64,000 bases of DNA from a candidate division WOR-3 bacterium (GCA_965648915.1 CBFGIV010000002.1:85711-149710), one strand, 5' to 3'. Positions 49,462 to 60,072 are shown, numbered from the stretch's first letter. Notes: generated by a model not told the origin, from the letters alone. Numbers and translations are program-made.

Positions 49462-50358
49462 TTAACCAAAGAAGACAAACATAACCCCGGAAAAGGCAAC
49501 GATGATCCCAAGGAACCGACGCCAATTCACCGTTTCCTTCAAGATGAGGCCGGCCAAGATATAGATAAATATCGTGCTGGTCTGATTTAGCGCAGCAGCA
49601 ATCGAAATCTGTGTATATTTCATACCACCTAACCAGATAGCCATTGCCAGATAAGCGCCTAAGAAGGCACCGGTGATTGGATATTCCCAGTTCGGGGTCA
49701 ACCGAAGTGATTGAATAATAACAGTTCTTGCTGGATTAAAGATAAGTATCATTGTAAGGACGATGATCCCGCCCATTAGACGAATCGATGTCAACCATAT
49801 CAAAGGCAAATCATTAAGGAACGGTTTGATCGTCACGACACTCGTGGCTGTTGCAAGTGTGCCAATGACGCCGTACATTATCCCTATTAGAATTTGGCGA
49901 CGGATAACAATCTTTTTCTTTAATTCCAAAGACGCAACTAAGATTGCTGTGATGATTAGAATAGCACCGAATAACTGGTAGCCGGTCAATCGTTCACGCA
50001 AGAACAAGATTGCCAGGATGATCATAAAAGGGCTATAGAGACAGACGACAATGCTTGATAAACCAGCACCCAAGAGGTTAAGACTTTGGAAGTACAGGGT
50101 ATCACCAATACCGATACCCAGTGCACCACTCAGGATTAGCAGTAGATAGATATTTCTCGATGCTGGATAGAAGAGTTCTTCTTTAAAGATATAGATCGTT
50201 GGTATGAAGAAGATTAACGCCAGTAAGTTCTTGAATAAATTCAGGGCAAGGGGATGGATTGTCTCGCCACTCTTCTTAAAAAAAATGACGGCGAGTGCCC
50301 AGATAATTGCACAAAGTATTGCCAGTGCCTCACCCAGATAGAGATTAACAGTAATCAT
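49462..50358 (-). CDS. EamA/DMT-superfamily transporter
   Basis: 10 TM helices in two 5-TM repeats. Confidence 0.7.
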   Translation of the reverse strand: MITVNLYLGEALAILCAIIWALAVIFFKKSGETIHPLALNLFKNLLALIFFIPTIYIFKEELFYPASRNIYLLLILSGALGIGIGDTLYFQSLNLLGAGLSSIVVCLYSPFMIILAILFLRERLTGYQLFGAILIITAILVASLELKKKIVIRRQILIGIMYGVIGTLATATSVVTIKPFLNDLPLIWLTSIRLMGGIIVLTMILIFNPARTVIIQSLRLTPNWEYPITGAFLGAYLAMAIWLGGMKYTQISIAAALNQTSTIFIYILAGLILKETVNWRRFLGIIVAFSGVMFVFFG

Positions 50359-50791
50359 CGATTGGTTGGCTCAATACTTCTTTTAGCAGATTTCGGGTGT
50401 GCGGTACCATTTTCAATTTTTTAAGCTCAAATTTTTTCGCCCAGCGAATCTCGCCGGCATCAGAACCCGGTTTAACCCTGCCAGCCACATAGCGAGCCAG
50501 CAGGTAGATGATGGTGAAATGAAATCGAATACGACCCTTCGGGTCTTTGATGATACTATCATAAACATTGATAATTCGGCCCGGTCTGATCATGATGTTG
50601 CATTCCTCGTGAATTTCACGTTTTACCGCAGAAGCAATTGTTTCACCAAGTTCAACAACACCGCCTGGTAGACTCCAGAAACCTTTGTTAGGTTCGTGGG
50701 CTCTTTTTACCAATAGAATTCTATCCTGCCGGATAATAATCGCATGAACCGAAACAACCGGTTGCTTTGGATATTTTCGATCCCGAATCAT
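50345..50791 (-). CDS. NUDIX hydrolase
   Basis: Nudix box GGVVELGETIASAVKREIHEECNI. Confidence 0.82.
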   Translation of the reverse strand: MIRDRKYPKQPVVSVHAIIIRQDRILLVKRAHEPNKGFWSLPGGVVELGETIASAVKREIHEECNIMIRPGRIINVYDSIIKDPKGRIRFHFTIIYLLARYVAGRVKPGSDAGEIRWAKKFELKKLKMVPHTRNLLKEVLSQPIDDYC

Positions 50792-50990
50792 CTTTTTAAT
50801 CAGTGTGCGTGATCAATATTTGACCAGATCTTATACCTAAGTCGTTTTTGAGGCATTTCCTTATTTTCAATTTACCTTTATAACTTTTAATTCCAAGATA
50901 AATTTTAAACTCGTAACTCATATGAACCTTTACTGCGTCAAAATTTATTGTGAATTTCTGGCCACGTACATCAGTTCAATACCATCAATA

Positions 50991-52394
50991 TCAAAAAGGA
51001 GGGGCTTCCTGGGGGAAGATTTTTCCCGGGTTAAGGATATTTTTGGGGTCGAAGATTTTTTTAATCCTTCTCATAAGTTCAATCTGGACTGGATCAAGGG
51101 CCATAGGTAGATAGGATTTTTTAACCAGACCGATACCGTGTTCAGCAGTTATCGTTCCACCAAGTTCAATGGTTATCTGATAGACACGCTCGATTAATTT
51201 TGTTAAATGCGCACGGTCAAAGCCCTCCTGGGCAAGGAAATCACAGTGGATGTTTCCATCACCCATATGCCCAAAGGCAAAGAGTTTTACTCGATAGATA
51301 TTCTCGAGAGCCTTGAGTTGATTGATGAGTTCCGATACCCGGTTCCTCGGAACAACCAGATCTTCCCGGGCAACCATCATCCCGAGGGTCTTAAGTTCAC
51401 CAGTTTTTCTCCTTGTCTCCCAGATTCGATCCTGAGTTGGACGATCTTCACCAACCAGAACCTCAAGGGCTTTACTTTCATAGGCTGATTCACCTATCTT
51501 CTCGTATATTTTTCTCAGTTGCTCGATATCATCACCGTCGATCTGAACAATCAGTTGAACCCCGGCCTGGGAAAAGGGCAATGGATGGCCCAGGACCTTT
51601 TCGACACCCCGCACCACCTCACCATCCATAAGTTCAACTGCACTGGGGACAATCCCCTTTTCGAATATTTTGGGCACAAAACTTGCTGCTTCCTCAATCT
51701 TGACAAACGGGATGAGAAGATCGATCCGGGCCCTGGGCAGGGGCAGGAGTTTCAATGTGGCTTCGGTAATTACTGCCAGCGTCCCTTCAGAACCGATAAT
51801 CAGATCGAGCAGGCTATAACCAGCAACATTCTTCAACAGTTTACCGCTTAATTTTGTAATTGAGCCGTCAGGTAGAACGATCTCTAAACCCATTACATAG
51901 TTGCGGGTGACTCCATATTTGACTGCCTTAGGGCCACCCGCACACTCGGCAATATTACCACCGATGCAACAGGAGTCGATGCTGACCGGGTCCGGGGGAA
52001 AGAAGAGATTGTATCTTTCAAGAACTCTCCCCAGTTCACCGGTAATTATTCCTGGTTCGACCACCACCATTGAATTTTCGATATCGATCTCTTTAATCTT
52101 ATTCATCCTTTCAAAGGATATAACAATGCCCCCAAAGATGGGAATTGCCCCACCCGATAGACCGGTTCCCCCGGAACGGGGTGTCACCGGGATCATCTCA
52201 TCATTGGCTAAATTCATTATTTCAGAAACCTGTTTGGTATTTTCAACTTTTACTACAACTTCAGGCATCGCACAAAATATTGGAGTCTCATCATGGGAGA
52301 AGGGTTCTAATTTGTCCTGGGTTGTTAAGCAGTTTTGCGCGCCGACAATCTTTTGTAAGATCTCGACGATCTGTGGTGTAACTTTATTATACAT
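50991..52394 (-). CDS. FAD-binding oxidoreductase (GlcD / D-lactate dehydrogenase family, FAD_binding_4 + FAD-oxidase_C)
   Basis: PRSGGTGLSGGAIP FAD-binding motif; C-terminal HGIGL-like HMGDGNIH. Confidence 0.85.
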   Translation of the reverse strand: MYNKVTPQIVEILQKIVGAQNCLTTQDKLEPFSHDETPIFCAMPEVVVKVENTKQVSEIMNLANDEMIPVTPRSGGTGLSGGAIPIFGGIVISFERMNKIKEIDIENSMVVVEPGIITGELGRVLERYNLFFPPDPVSIDSCCIGGNIAECAGGPKAVKYGVTRNYVMGLEIVLPDGSITKLSGKLLKNVAGYSLLDLIIGSEGTLAVITEATLKLLPLPRARIDLLIPFVKIEEAASFVPKIFEKGIVPSAVELMDGEVVRGVEKVLGHPLPFSQAGVQLIVQIDGDDIEQLRKIYEKIGESAYESKALEVLVGEDRPTQDRIWETRRKTGELKTLGMMVAREDLVVPRNRVSELINQLKALENIYRVKLFAFGHMGDGNIHCDFLAQEGFDRAHLTKLIERVYQITIELGGTITAEHGIGLVKKSYLPMALDPVQIELMRRIKKIFDPKNILNPGKIFPQEAPPF

Positions 52395-52466
52395 TGATAA
52401 ATTCTATCCAGATTCTCTCAAAATTCAAGTAAAAATGAGGTCGAGCATTGTGTAAAGATAACCTTG

Positions 52467-52494
52467 TTGACTTTGTATAACTTTTGGATAGACT
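52467..52494 (+). promoter_or_regulatory. Sigma-70-type promoter (TTGACT-N16-TAGACT) followed by an AGGAGG SD
   Basis: TTGACT 52467-52472, TAGACT 52489-52494. Confidence 0.5.
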
Positions 52495-52513
52495 CTAAAA
52501 TAAGGAGGCGAAA

Positions 52514-54088
52514 TTGTTTATATCTATCTTGTTTCTCATCGGTATTGAAGTGAGTTCGAAAATTGACTCGGTCGTAGTCTATAGTAACCGGGTTCTTGTA
52601 TCGAGAATTGCCTATGTAAGTCTGGAAAAGAGTGCTGAGCTTGTCTTTACCAATTTACCCGGGACACTTGAGGATCAATCGGTCCGGATAAAAGCGGAAA
52701 ATCTGACTATCGGTGAAATTGAAATCAGGCGCGGTTATACAAAAGAACCCCATCCCCGGGTCAAAGACTTCCAGGCTAAAATCAAAGATCTGGAGAGTGA
52801 GGATCGTGGTCTAACTGACGAATATGCGGTGTTGAAAGAGTCCGAGAAGTTTCTCGGCTCGATTGCCACTGGTTCTGGTCAGACAATCATTAAAGAGATA
52901 AACACCGCTAAGATTTCACCTCAGTCCTGGCGTCAGGGTTTAAATTTTATTGTTGGTGAATGGGTTAAGGTAAAGACCAGGATGGCCGAGATTGAGCGAA
53001 GACAGATAGATCTGAAGGAGCGGCTTGAAGCTTTAAAAAGAGAATTGAATGACATCCGGGCAGATGTGGAACAACGCAAGACAATTATTTTTGATGTCTC
53101 GGTTAAAACTCCGGGTAATTACAAGATCGAACTCAACTATATTCTACCCGGTGCCCAATGGCGGACATATTATGAAATAAGAGGGCGGCCTTCGGAAAAA
53201 AAGATTGAGTTATTTTACTACGGCAAGATTGGGCAGAGGACAGGTGAAGACTGGGAAGATGTCAGGGTTGTTCTTTCTACGGGCGCGCCGGTAACTGGAG
53301 GGACAGCACCGATACCAGCACCCTGGTATATAGATTTGTATACACCTTACCGTGGTGGCCAGCTTGAAGAAAAAGCCGCTGCAAAAGCAGGTATACCACA
53401 ATTGTTACCACTCACACCGTCTGAGGTAAGCGAGGCACCGCCACCGGCTCCACCAGTCGAAGCCGGTATTGCCATCTGGTATCCTTTGCCGGGCAAATAC
53501 ACGATCAAGAGCGGTGATCAGGAACATAAAATGCTCATTGCCCAAACGTCTTTTGATGCCGATTTTGAATACTTTGCGATGCCGAGAATAGCCCAGTTGG
53601 CTTATCTCACGGGCAGAGCAAAGAACACGAGTGGTTATCTCTTTATTGCAGGTGAGGCGAGTACTTATGTTGGTGATGATTATACGGGCAAGATTTACCT
53701 ACCGAATATAGCACCGGATGAGTCGACTAAAGTTTCCGTGGGAATGGATGATCGGGTTAAAGTAACCCGGGAAACAAAAAAGATGAAGATTAAAAAGGGC
53801 GGGTTATTTGGGGGTAAGACCCGATACGAATTTACTTATGAGAACATCATTGAGAATTTTCACACCCGAGATATAACCTGTCAGATCGTCGATCAGACAC
53901 CAATTCCGAACAATCCCGATATTAATGTGGGTGATATTAAGATCGAACCCCGGCCAACCGAAGAGGATAAAGACCGCAGCCTTTACTACTGGCAGGTGCC
54001 GATCCAGGCGAAGGGGAGATACAGAATAACTGTCTCTTTTACGGTTGAGGCACCCGGTGATCGAGAGATCCGGGGATTGTTGCCATAG
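52514..54088 (+). CDS. DUF4140/DUF4139-family (MuiA-like, TIGR02231-like) protein, paralog 1
   Basis: N-terminal SVVVYSNRVLVSRIA block; central coiled-coil; C-terminal beta-rich region; signal-like N-terminus. Confidence 0.55.
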   Translation: MFISILFLIGIEVSSKIDSVVVYSNRVLVSRIAYVSLEKSAELVFTNLPGTLEDQSVRIKAENLTIGEIEIRRGYTKEPHPRVKDFQAKIKDLESEDRGLTDEYAVLKESEKFLGSIATGSGQTIIKEINTAKISPQSWRQGLNFIVGEWVKVKTRMAEIERRQIDLKERLEALKRELNDIRADVEQRKTIIFDVSVKTPGNYKIELNYILPGAQWRTYYEIRGRPSEKKIELFYYGKIGQRTGEDWEDVRVVLSTGAPVTGGTAPIPAPWYIDLYTPYRGGQLEEKAAAKAGIPQLLPLTPSEVSEAPPPAPPVEAGIAIWYPLPGKYTIKSGDQEHKMLIAQTSFDADFEYFAMPRIAQLAYLTGRAKNTSGYLFIAGEASTYVGDDYTGKIYLPNIAPDESTKVSVGMDDRVKVTRETKKMKIKKGGLFGGKTRYEFTYENIIENFHTRDITCQIVDQTPIPNNPDINVGDIKIEPRPTEEDKDRSLYYWQVPIQAKGRYRITVSFTVEAPGDREIRGLLP

Positions 54089-54131
54089 TTGAGAACTTGA
54101 TCGACAAAAATTATTGAATAAAGGAGATGAG

Positions 54132-55703
54132 ATGGTAGTGGATAAATTTGAAGTAACCGGCATCGAAGTAAATTCGAAAGTGGATTCGGTTGTTGTCTAT
54201 TCAGACCGGGTCCTGGTCACCAGGATTGCTGAGATTTCCATAGAGAAGGGAACCAATATTGTCTTTACTGACCTACCCGGAGCAATTGATGACCAATCGG
54301 TCAGAGTAAAAGCTAAGGATCTGACAATTGGCGAGATTCAGATAAAGACCGGCTATGTACTGAAACCGATCCCGAGGGTGAAAGAACTCCAGGATAAGAT
54401 TAAAACCTTGGAGATTGAGGATCGTAGTCTTAATGACGAACTTGCTGTTCTATCAGATAAAGAAAAATTCCTGAATTCCCTGATTACCGGTTCAGCCAAT
54501 ATTATCTTAAAAGAGATAAATACAGCAAAAGTTGCGCCTGAGACCTGGCAACAGGGAATCAGATTTGTGGCTGATGAACTTATGAGTTCAAAAAAAAGGA
54601 AGGTAGAGATTGAACTGGAAAGGCAGAACTTGAAAGAAAAAATCGATGCCCTGCGCCAGGAATTTAGTGATGTTCGGTCAATAGCGGAAAACCGGAAGGT
54701 GATTTTCTTCGAAGTCCAGCCCAGGAAACCTGGAAAATATTCAATCGAGCTCAGTTATATTATATATGGGGCAAACTGGTGGACCTATTATGATCTACGC
54801 GCCAATCCGGTTGATAAAAAAGTTGAGATCGCTTACTTTGGCAAATTAACTCAGAATACTGGCGAAGACTGGATTGATACCAAGATAACCCTATCCACCG
54901 GCCATCCTGCCACTGGCGGAGCACCACCTTCTCCCGAACCCTGGTACATAAATCTTTACCGACCTCCACCCCAGGAAATAGAAACAGCCTATCGGGGAAA
55001 AAGAGAGATGCCCTCGGCTTCAAAGGCGGCGGAAGATAAACTGGCACCCCCTGTGCTTGAGCCGGCACCACCGGTTGAGACCGGTCTGGCCATCTGGTAT
55101 CCTTTGCCCGGCAAATATACGATCAAGAGTGGTGATCAGGAGAGGAAGATTCTTATCCATCAATCAACCCTTGATGGCGAATATGAATATCTTATCATAC
55201 CGAGGTTCACCCTGCAGGCGTATTTGATGGCAAAGGTTAAGAATACGACCGGTTACCTCTATCTGGCTGGAGAAGCAGGTACTTATGTCGGTGATGATTT
55301 TACCGGCAAAGTATATTTCCCGAAAGTCGCTCCCGATGATACAGTGGATATAACTTTTGGTCTCGATGACCGCGTAAAGGTAAAAAGAGAGACTAGGAAG
55401 ATGAAGATCACCAAGAGCGGTATTTTAGGATCAAAAAACAGATACGAATTTGTCTACGAAAATATTGTTGAAAATTTTCATAATAGCGAAATAAGATGTA
55501 AAATTGTTGATCAGATCCCGATTGCCGGTGATCCCGACATTAAGGTGAGCGATGTGAAATTAAATCCCAAACCATCTGAGGAAGATAAAGATCGAGCGCT
55601 ATATAACTGGCAGATAACACTCCCGGCTAAAGATAAATTCACGATGACCCTGGCCTTTACTGTTGAATGGCCGGCGGAAAGAGAGCTGACCGGATTGATA
55701 TAA
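54132..55703 (+). CDS. DUF4140/DUF4139-family protein, paralog 2 (~50% identical to paralog 1)
   Basis: Shares many blocks with the upstream gene, e.g. GIAIWYPLPGKYTIKSGDQE / GLAIWYPLPGKYTIKSGDQE; AAGGAG SD before ATG 54132. Confidence 0.55.
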   Translation: MVVDKFEVTGIEVNSKVDSVVVYSDRVLVTRIAEISIEKGTNIVFTDLPGAIDDQSVRVKAKDLTIGEIQIKTGYVLKPIPRVKELQDKIKTLEIEDRSLNDELAVLSDKEKFLNSLITGSANIILKEINTAKVAPETWQQGIRFVADELMSSKKRKVEIELERQNLKEKIDALRQEFSDVRSIAENRKVIFFEVQPRKPGKYSIELSYIIYGANWWTYYDLRANPVDKKVEIAYFGKLTQNTGEDWIDTKITLSTGHPATGGAPPSPEPWYINLYRPPPQEIETAYRGKREMPSASKAAEDKLAPPVLEPAPPVETGLAIWYPLPGKYTIKSGDQERKILIHQSTLDGEYEYLIIPRFTLQAYLMAKVKNTTGYLYLAGEAGTYVGDDFTGKVYFPKVAPDDTVDITFGLDDRVKVKRETRKMKITKSGILGSKNRYEFVYENIVENFHNSEIRCKIVDQIPIAGDPDIKVSDVKLNPKPSEEDKDRALYNWQITLPAKDKFTMTLAFTVEWPAERELTGLI

Positions 55704-55746
55704 GGATCTATAGTTTAGTGCCATCAATCAAAACTATAACGCAAGA

Positions 55747-55774
55747 TTGACAATTATCGGATTTAAGATAAAAT
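55747..55774 (+). promoter_or_regulatory. Sigma-70-type promoter (TTGACA-N16-TAAAAT)
   Basis: TTGACA 55747-55752, TAAAAT 55769-55774. Confidence 0.5.
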
Positions 55775-55834
55775 TGATGTATTGGTTACCACATTCATCA
55801 CTTTGGTCCCTGTCTTTTCTATCAGTTTTTAATT

Positions 55835-56119
55835 ATGGAATTGAGAGATTATCAAGATTTGATTAAAGCAATCTATTTTGACAAAGATTCCCGAAGGGGG
55901 CTGTCCAAGACTTTTAACTGGCTGATTGAAGAGATCGGCGAACTGGCCCGGGCAATAAGAAAGGGTGATAAAAAGGCAGTCGATGAAGAGATCGCCGATA
56001 CTCTGGCCTGGCTCTTGAGTGTGGCTTCAATTTTGAAAGTGGATGTTGAAGAGTCAATGAAAAAATATAAGGACGGTTGCCCCAAGTGTCATAAGAGGCC
56101 TTGCCGATGTAAAGAATAA
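55835..56119 (+). CDS. MazG-like nucleotide pyrophosphohydrolase domain protein with a C-terminal Cys4 zinc-ribbon tail
   Basis: EEIGELARAIRKGD and EEIADTLAWL form the MazG EExxE/ExxD helix pair; tail GCPKCHKRPCRC. Confidence 0.55.
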   Translation: MELRDYQDLIKAIYFDKDSRRGLSKTFNWLIEEIGELARAIRKGDKKAVDEEIADTLAWLLSVASILKVDVEESMKKYKDGCPKCHKRPCRCKE

Positions 56120-56139
56120 GAAGATTATAAGGAGGTATT

Positions 56140-57258
56140 ATGCTGGAACTTAGCCTGATTTTTTTTATCACAACCCTTTCCCCTCCGACCGATGTCAGGG
56201 TATGTGATGCGCCGAATGATGCGGGTGGTGCGGTTATTATTATGTGGAAACTATCATCTGATGATCAAGATCTAAGTGCTTATCGGATTGAACGGGCTGA
56301 ATCCGGTAAGGAGTTCATCGATATCGGTTTTGTGCCTCGAGGTATCAATCGATACATCGATTCCAAGACCGATGACCGCCTGCAATATGTCTACCGGATT
56401 GTTGCCTTAAAAGATACAGCGAGAGCGGTCTCTGAGATCTCTAATCCGATCCAGAGCAAGGGGCAGTGGTTTCATACGGGTAGAGTGAATGTCATTATCG
56501 GTATTATTATCTTTGGCAGTCTGATTTTCTGGTTTGTCAATCATGCCCGAAAAGGTAGAGAACTCTTCATAAGGCGTATTGCCGGACTTGATGCAGTAGA
56601 GGAGGCAGTGGGTCGGGCGACAGAGATGGGTAAGGCGATTCTCTATGTCCCGGGCCTCTCTTCGGTCGGCGATGTCGCAACCATCGCTTCACTCAATATC
56701 CTCGGTGAGGTGGCACGTAAGGCGGCTCAGTATGAGACAACCCTGCTCGTTCCCAATCGTGATCCCATTGTCTATACAGTTGCCCAGGCCGTGGTTAAAG
56801 AAGCCTACACCAAGGAAGGGAGGCCTGATGCCTATCGAGATGAAAATGTCTTCTTTATTACAGATAGTCAATTCGCTTATGCCGCAGCGGTCGATGGTAT
56901 TATGGTCCGGGAGAAACCGGCGACAAATTTCTTTCTCGGTATGTTCTGGGCCGAATCACTCATTCTGGCTGAGACCGGGGCAACAACCGGTGCAATTCAG
57001 ATTGCGGGTACCGATTCGGTCTATCAGTTACCTTTCTTTATAACTGCCTGTGACTACACTCTGATCGGTGAAGAGTTATATGCGGCTTCTGCTTATCTCT
57101 CCCGAGAACCGACCCTGCTCGCCTCTTTGAAGGCTCAAGATTATGGTAAATTAATTATTATTGCATTGATCATTTTCGGCTCGGCGCTTCTTCTGGTGAG
57201 TGTCTTTCCTGGTTTAAGTTTTTTTAAGGGAATTATGAATTTCTTTTCGGTCAGTTAG
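56140..57258 (+). CDS. Uncharacterised membrane protein: N-terminal FN3-like domain, TM helix, ~230-aa soluble domain, C-terminal TM helix
   Basis: FN3-like [12 protein letters not shown]...[10 protein letters not shown]; TM segment [14 protein letters not shown]; AAGGAGG SD. Confidence 0.45.
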   Translation: MLELSLIFFITTLSPPTDVRVCDAPNDAGGAVIIMWKLSSDDQDLSAYRIERAESGKEFIDIGFVPRGINRYIDSKTDDRLQYVYRIVALKDTARAVSEISNPIQSKGQWFHTGRVNVIIGIIIFGSLIFWFVNHARKGRELFIRRIAGLDAVEEAVGRATEMGKAILYVPGLSSVGDVATIASLNILGEVARKAAQYETTLLVPNRDPIVYTVAQAVVKEAYTKEGRPDAYRDENVFFITDSQFAYAAAVDGIMVREKPATNFFLGMFWAESLILAETGATTGAIQIAGTDSVYQLPFFITACDYTLIGEELYAASAYLSREPTLLASLKAQDYGKLIIIALIIFGSALLLVSVFPGLSFFKGIMNFFSVS

Positions 57259-57271
57259 GGAGGTTGAAAAT

Positions 57272-57892
57272 ATGCAGCGACGTATTCCTATGGCAATCTG
57301 TCTGATTATGGGGCTCTTTATGATTATCCAGTATATGATCCCCCATAATGTTTCCAAACTCGCCTATGAGGAGATGCTGGACTGGGATCGAATCATTGTG
57401 GCATTTGCCCTCATTCTCTCAACCGGCAGTCTGGTAACCCATCATCTAACCAAGATCAAACGTAAGAAACAGGACTGGTATTTCAGTTTTGTAACCCTCA
57501 TCGGTTTGGTTGCAACTGCTTTCATTGGTTTGATCTGGGGAATCAAGGCGGGCACACCACTCCATATTATCTATATCAACATTATTGTCCCGCTCGGTTC
57601 ATCGATGTTTGCCATCCTTGCCTTCTATATGGCTTCAGCCGCCTATCGAGCCTTTCGGGCGCGTAATAAAGAAGCGACACTCTTACTGGTCGCTGCTTTT
57701 GTTGTTATGTTGGGTATGGTGCCGATAGGCTCTTTCATCTGGACAAAATTACCCGATGTTGCCCAGTGGATTCTCAATTTTCCGAACCTTGCCGCCAAAA
57801 GGGCAATCTTTTTCGGTGTCGCCTTAGGTATGATCTCGACCTCGATCAAGATTATCTTCGGTATTGAACGCGGTTGGATAGGAGGCAAGTAA
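57272..57892 (+). CDS. Uncharacterised polytopic membrane protein (~5 TM)
   Basis: Hydrophobicity pattern; GGAGG SD. Confidence 0.45.
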   Translation: MQRRIPMAICLIMGLFMIIQYMIPHNVSKLAYEEMLDWDRIIVAFALILSTGSLVTHHLTKIKRKKQDWYFSFVTLIGLVATAFIGLIWGIKAGTPLHIIYINIIVPLGSSMFAILAFYMASAAYRAFRARNKEATLLLVAAFVVMLGMVPIGSFIWTKLPDVAQWILNFPNLAAKRAIFFGVALGMISTSIKIIFGIERGWIGGK

Positions 57893-57893
57893 T

Positions 57894-58736
57894 ATGAAAT
57901 GGCTTAACTGGCTCTTCAGGATTGATCGTCGGATTGTCTTTCTTATCTTAGCAGTTGTTGTCATACTTCCCTTGCTGGTGCCGTTAAATCTTGGTGTTAC
58001 CATTTCACCTCCGGTTAAAAATCTCTTTGATGAGATCGATAGGATCCCGGCCAATAGCAAACCGCTGATGATCTCGGTTGACTTTGACCCCAATTCGATG
58101 CCCGAACTCTACCCGATGTATCTGGCGATTCTCCGCCATGCCTTTGCCCGGGATGTCAGGGTGATTATTCTCGGTCTCTGGCTAACCGGTATAAGTATCG
58201 GTGAAGAGGGTTTAAGTGAGGTCTCGAGAGATTTTAATAAGGTTTACGGTAAGGATTATGTCTTCCTCGGATGGCAGGCGGGCGTTGCCGCGGTAATCCT
58301 CGGTATGGGCGAAAATATCAAAAGGGTCTTCCCCAACGATTACTATAATCGACCCTTAGACTCTTTGCCCCTGATGCGGGAAGTCAGGAATTATTCTGAT
58401 ATTCCTCTATTTATCTCGCTCTCGGCTGGTGACCCTGGTTATCGAACCTGGATCACTTATGCAGGAGCAAGTTATGGGCTCAAGATTGGAACCGGGGTTA
58501 CGGCGGTTTCTGGTGCTGATGCCTATCCTTATCTTCAAACCGGTCAACTGGTTGGTCTCCTGGCCGGGATGAAGGGTGGGGCTGAATATGAAAACTTGAT
58601 CGAAAAAGCGGGGTATTATAAAGGTAAAAAACCGGCGACGCAGGCGATGGATTCTCAGTCCCTTGCTCATCTTGCCATAATGGTTCTGGTAATCTTAGGG
58701 AATATTGGTTTCTTCATCGGACGGAGGCAGAAATGA
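57894..58736 (+). CDS. Uncharacterised membrane protein (N- and C-terminal TM helices flanking a ~200-aa domain)
   Basis: Start 2 nt after the upstream stop; GGAGG upstream. Confidence 0.45.
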   Translation: MKWLNWLFRIDRRIVFLILAVVVILPLLVPLNLGVTISPPVKNLFDEIDRIPANSKPLMISVDFDPNSMPELYPMYLAILRHAFARDVRVIILGLWLTGISIGEEGLSEVSRDFNKVYGKDYVFLGWQAGVAAVILGMGENIKRVFPNDYYNRPLDSLPLMREVRNYSDIPLFISLSAGDPGYRTWITYAGASYGLKIGTGVTAVSGADAYPYLQTGQLVGLLAGMKGGAEYENLIEKAGYYKGKKPATQAMDSQSLAHLAIMVLVILGNIGFFIGRRQK

Positions 58737-59365
58737 CAACCGATATCTGGATCTGGATCAGTGCCCTTTTGACGCTCTGCATCTTTTCTTTCCTTTATAA
58801 GGATAACCCCTTCTATAAATTTGCTGAACACCTCTTTGTCGGTGTATCTCTTGGATATAGTATTGCCATTACCTACCATAATGCAGTCTATCCGAAACTT
58901 ATTATCCCGCTCTTCATAAACTTCAGTCCGGGTAACCTTCGGTTGATTATCCCGTTTGCACTGGGCATTATGTATCTTACCAGGTTTATTCCTAAACTCT
59001 CCTGGATGTTCAAACTGCCGATTGCCTTCCTCTTGGGTCTATTCTCAGGAGCAGCAATCCCCCGTGAGTTTCAGGCAAATATAATTCGACAGATCCAGGG
59101 CAGTCTTCTGACGCCAGAGATATTCGGCCGGATTGATAACGCAATCTTCACAATTATCGTCTTTATCGGCATAATCTGTTCTTTAATCTACTTCTTCTTT
59201 TCGCGAGAACGGAAAGGGATTATAAAACCAGCAGCAGATCTCGGTATTATCTTTCTGATGGTTGGGTTCGGCGCTTCTTTTGGTTATACCGTAATGGCCC
59301 GGGTGAGTCTGCTTATTGGACGAATTCAATTTCTCCTGGGTCAGTGGTTGGGGTTGATAAAGTAA
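58733..59365 (+). CDS. Uncharacterised polytopic membrane protein (~6 TM)
   Basis: ATGA overlap with the upstream gene. Confidence 0.45.
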   Translation: MTTDIWIWISALLTLCIFSFLYKDNPFYKFAEHLFVGVSLGYSIAITYHNAVYPKLIIPLFINFSPGNLRLIIPFALGIMYLTRFIPKLSWMFKLPIAFLLGLFSGAAIPREFQANIIRQIQGSLLTPEIFGRIDNAIFTIIVFIGIICSLIYFFFSRERKGIIKPAADLGIIFLMVGFGASFGYTVMARVSLLIGRIQFLLGQWLGLIK

Positions 59366-59398
59366 GGGCAGACCAGCGGCTTATAGTCAAGGACTGAA

Positions 59399-59827
59399 CT
59401 ACTGAGGAATTTTCTCTTCAACAAATTTAATTATCTTTTCTCTAATTTCGAGGTCTGCGGGAAAATAGAGGAAGATACCCCGGAAATTATTTAAAAAAGT
59501 TGGTTTAGAGAAGGGGCTTAAAAGCACACCGTTTTTACCAACATAATTTTTTCGAAATTCATTCCAGTGACGAACAGTGGTGAAAGATAGTTTTTTGATA
59601 ACGATTTGATCGTTCTCGAGGCGATAATGGGTTGGGAAGAAATACGAATTGAGGGTGGCGAGGAGAAATAAAATTCCAAAAAATACCCAGTAGATTCCAT
59701 AGAAGATTAAGATTATGACCAGAAAGAAGATGATGATTGCTAAAGCCAGGATGGTTTTCCTCAAAGAATCCCGGGCCGGGAAGAAAGTCCAGGAAAGAGT
59801 CTCACTGGTTGATGTCTCGTTGTCCAT
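59399..59827 (-). CDS. Small hypothetical membrane protein
   Basis: Two TM helices (ILALAIIIFFLVIILIFYGIYWVFFGILFLLATL); convergent with the membrane operon. Confidence 0.35.
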   Translation of the reverse strand: MDNETSTSETLSWTFFPARDSLRKTILALAIIIFFLVIILIFYGIYWVFFGILFLLATLNSYFFPTHYRLENDQIVIKKLSFTTVRHWNEFRKNYVGKNGVLLSPFSKPTFLNNFRGIFLYFPADLEIREKIIKFVEEKIPQ

Positions 59828-59844
59828 TGTCGATCAATAATAAA

Positions 59845-59918
59845 TGGGCCCGATCCGATTTGAACGGATGACCCGCTGATTATGAGTCAGCTGCTCTGAC
59901 CAACTGAGCTACGGGCCC
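59845..59918 (-). tRNA. tRNA-Met (anticodon CAT), elongator type; lysidine-modified tRNA-Ile2 not excluded
   Basis: Minus strand GGGCCCGTAGCTCAGTTGG...anticodon loop CTCATAA...GTTCAAATC; G1-C72 pair and no GGG/CCC anticodon stem, so not an initiator. Confidence 0.8.
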
Positions 59919-60072
59919 GAATCTTTGCTGTTTTTGATAACCCATAAATAATATACACAGAAATTCTTAAATGTCAATGAAATCTTGTAGATAGAATTAG
60001 ACATTGCAACCATGTGATAGGGATATTGAAATATTGTATTGACGGTGAATAAATTTTGTATAAGATATTATT

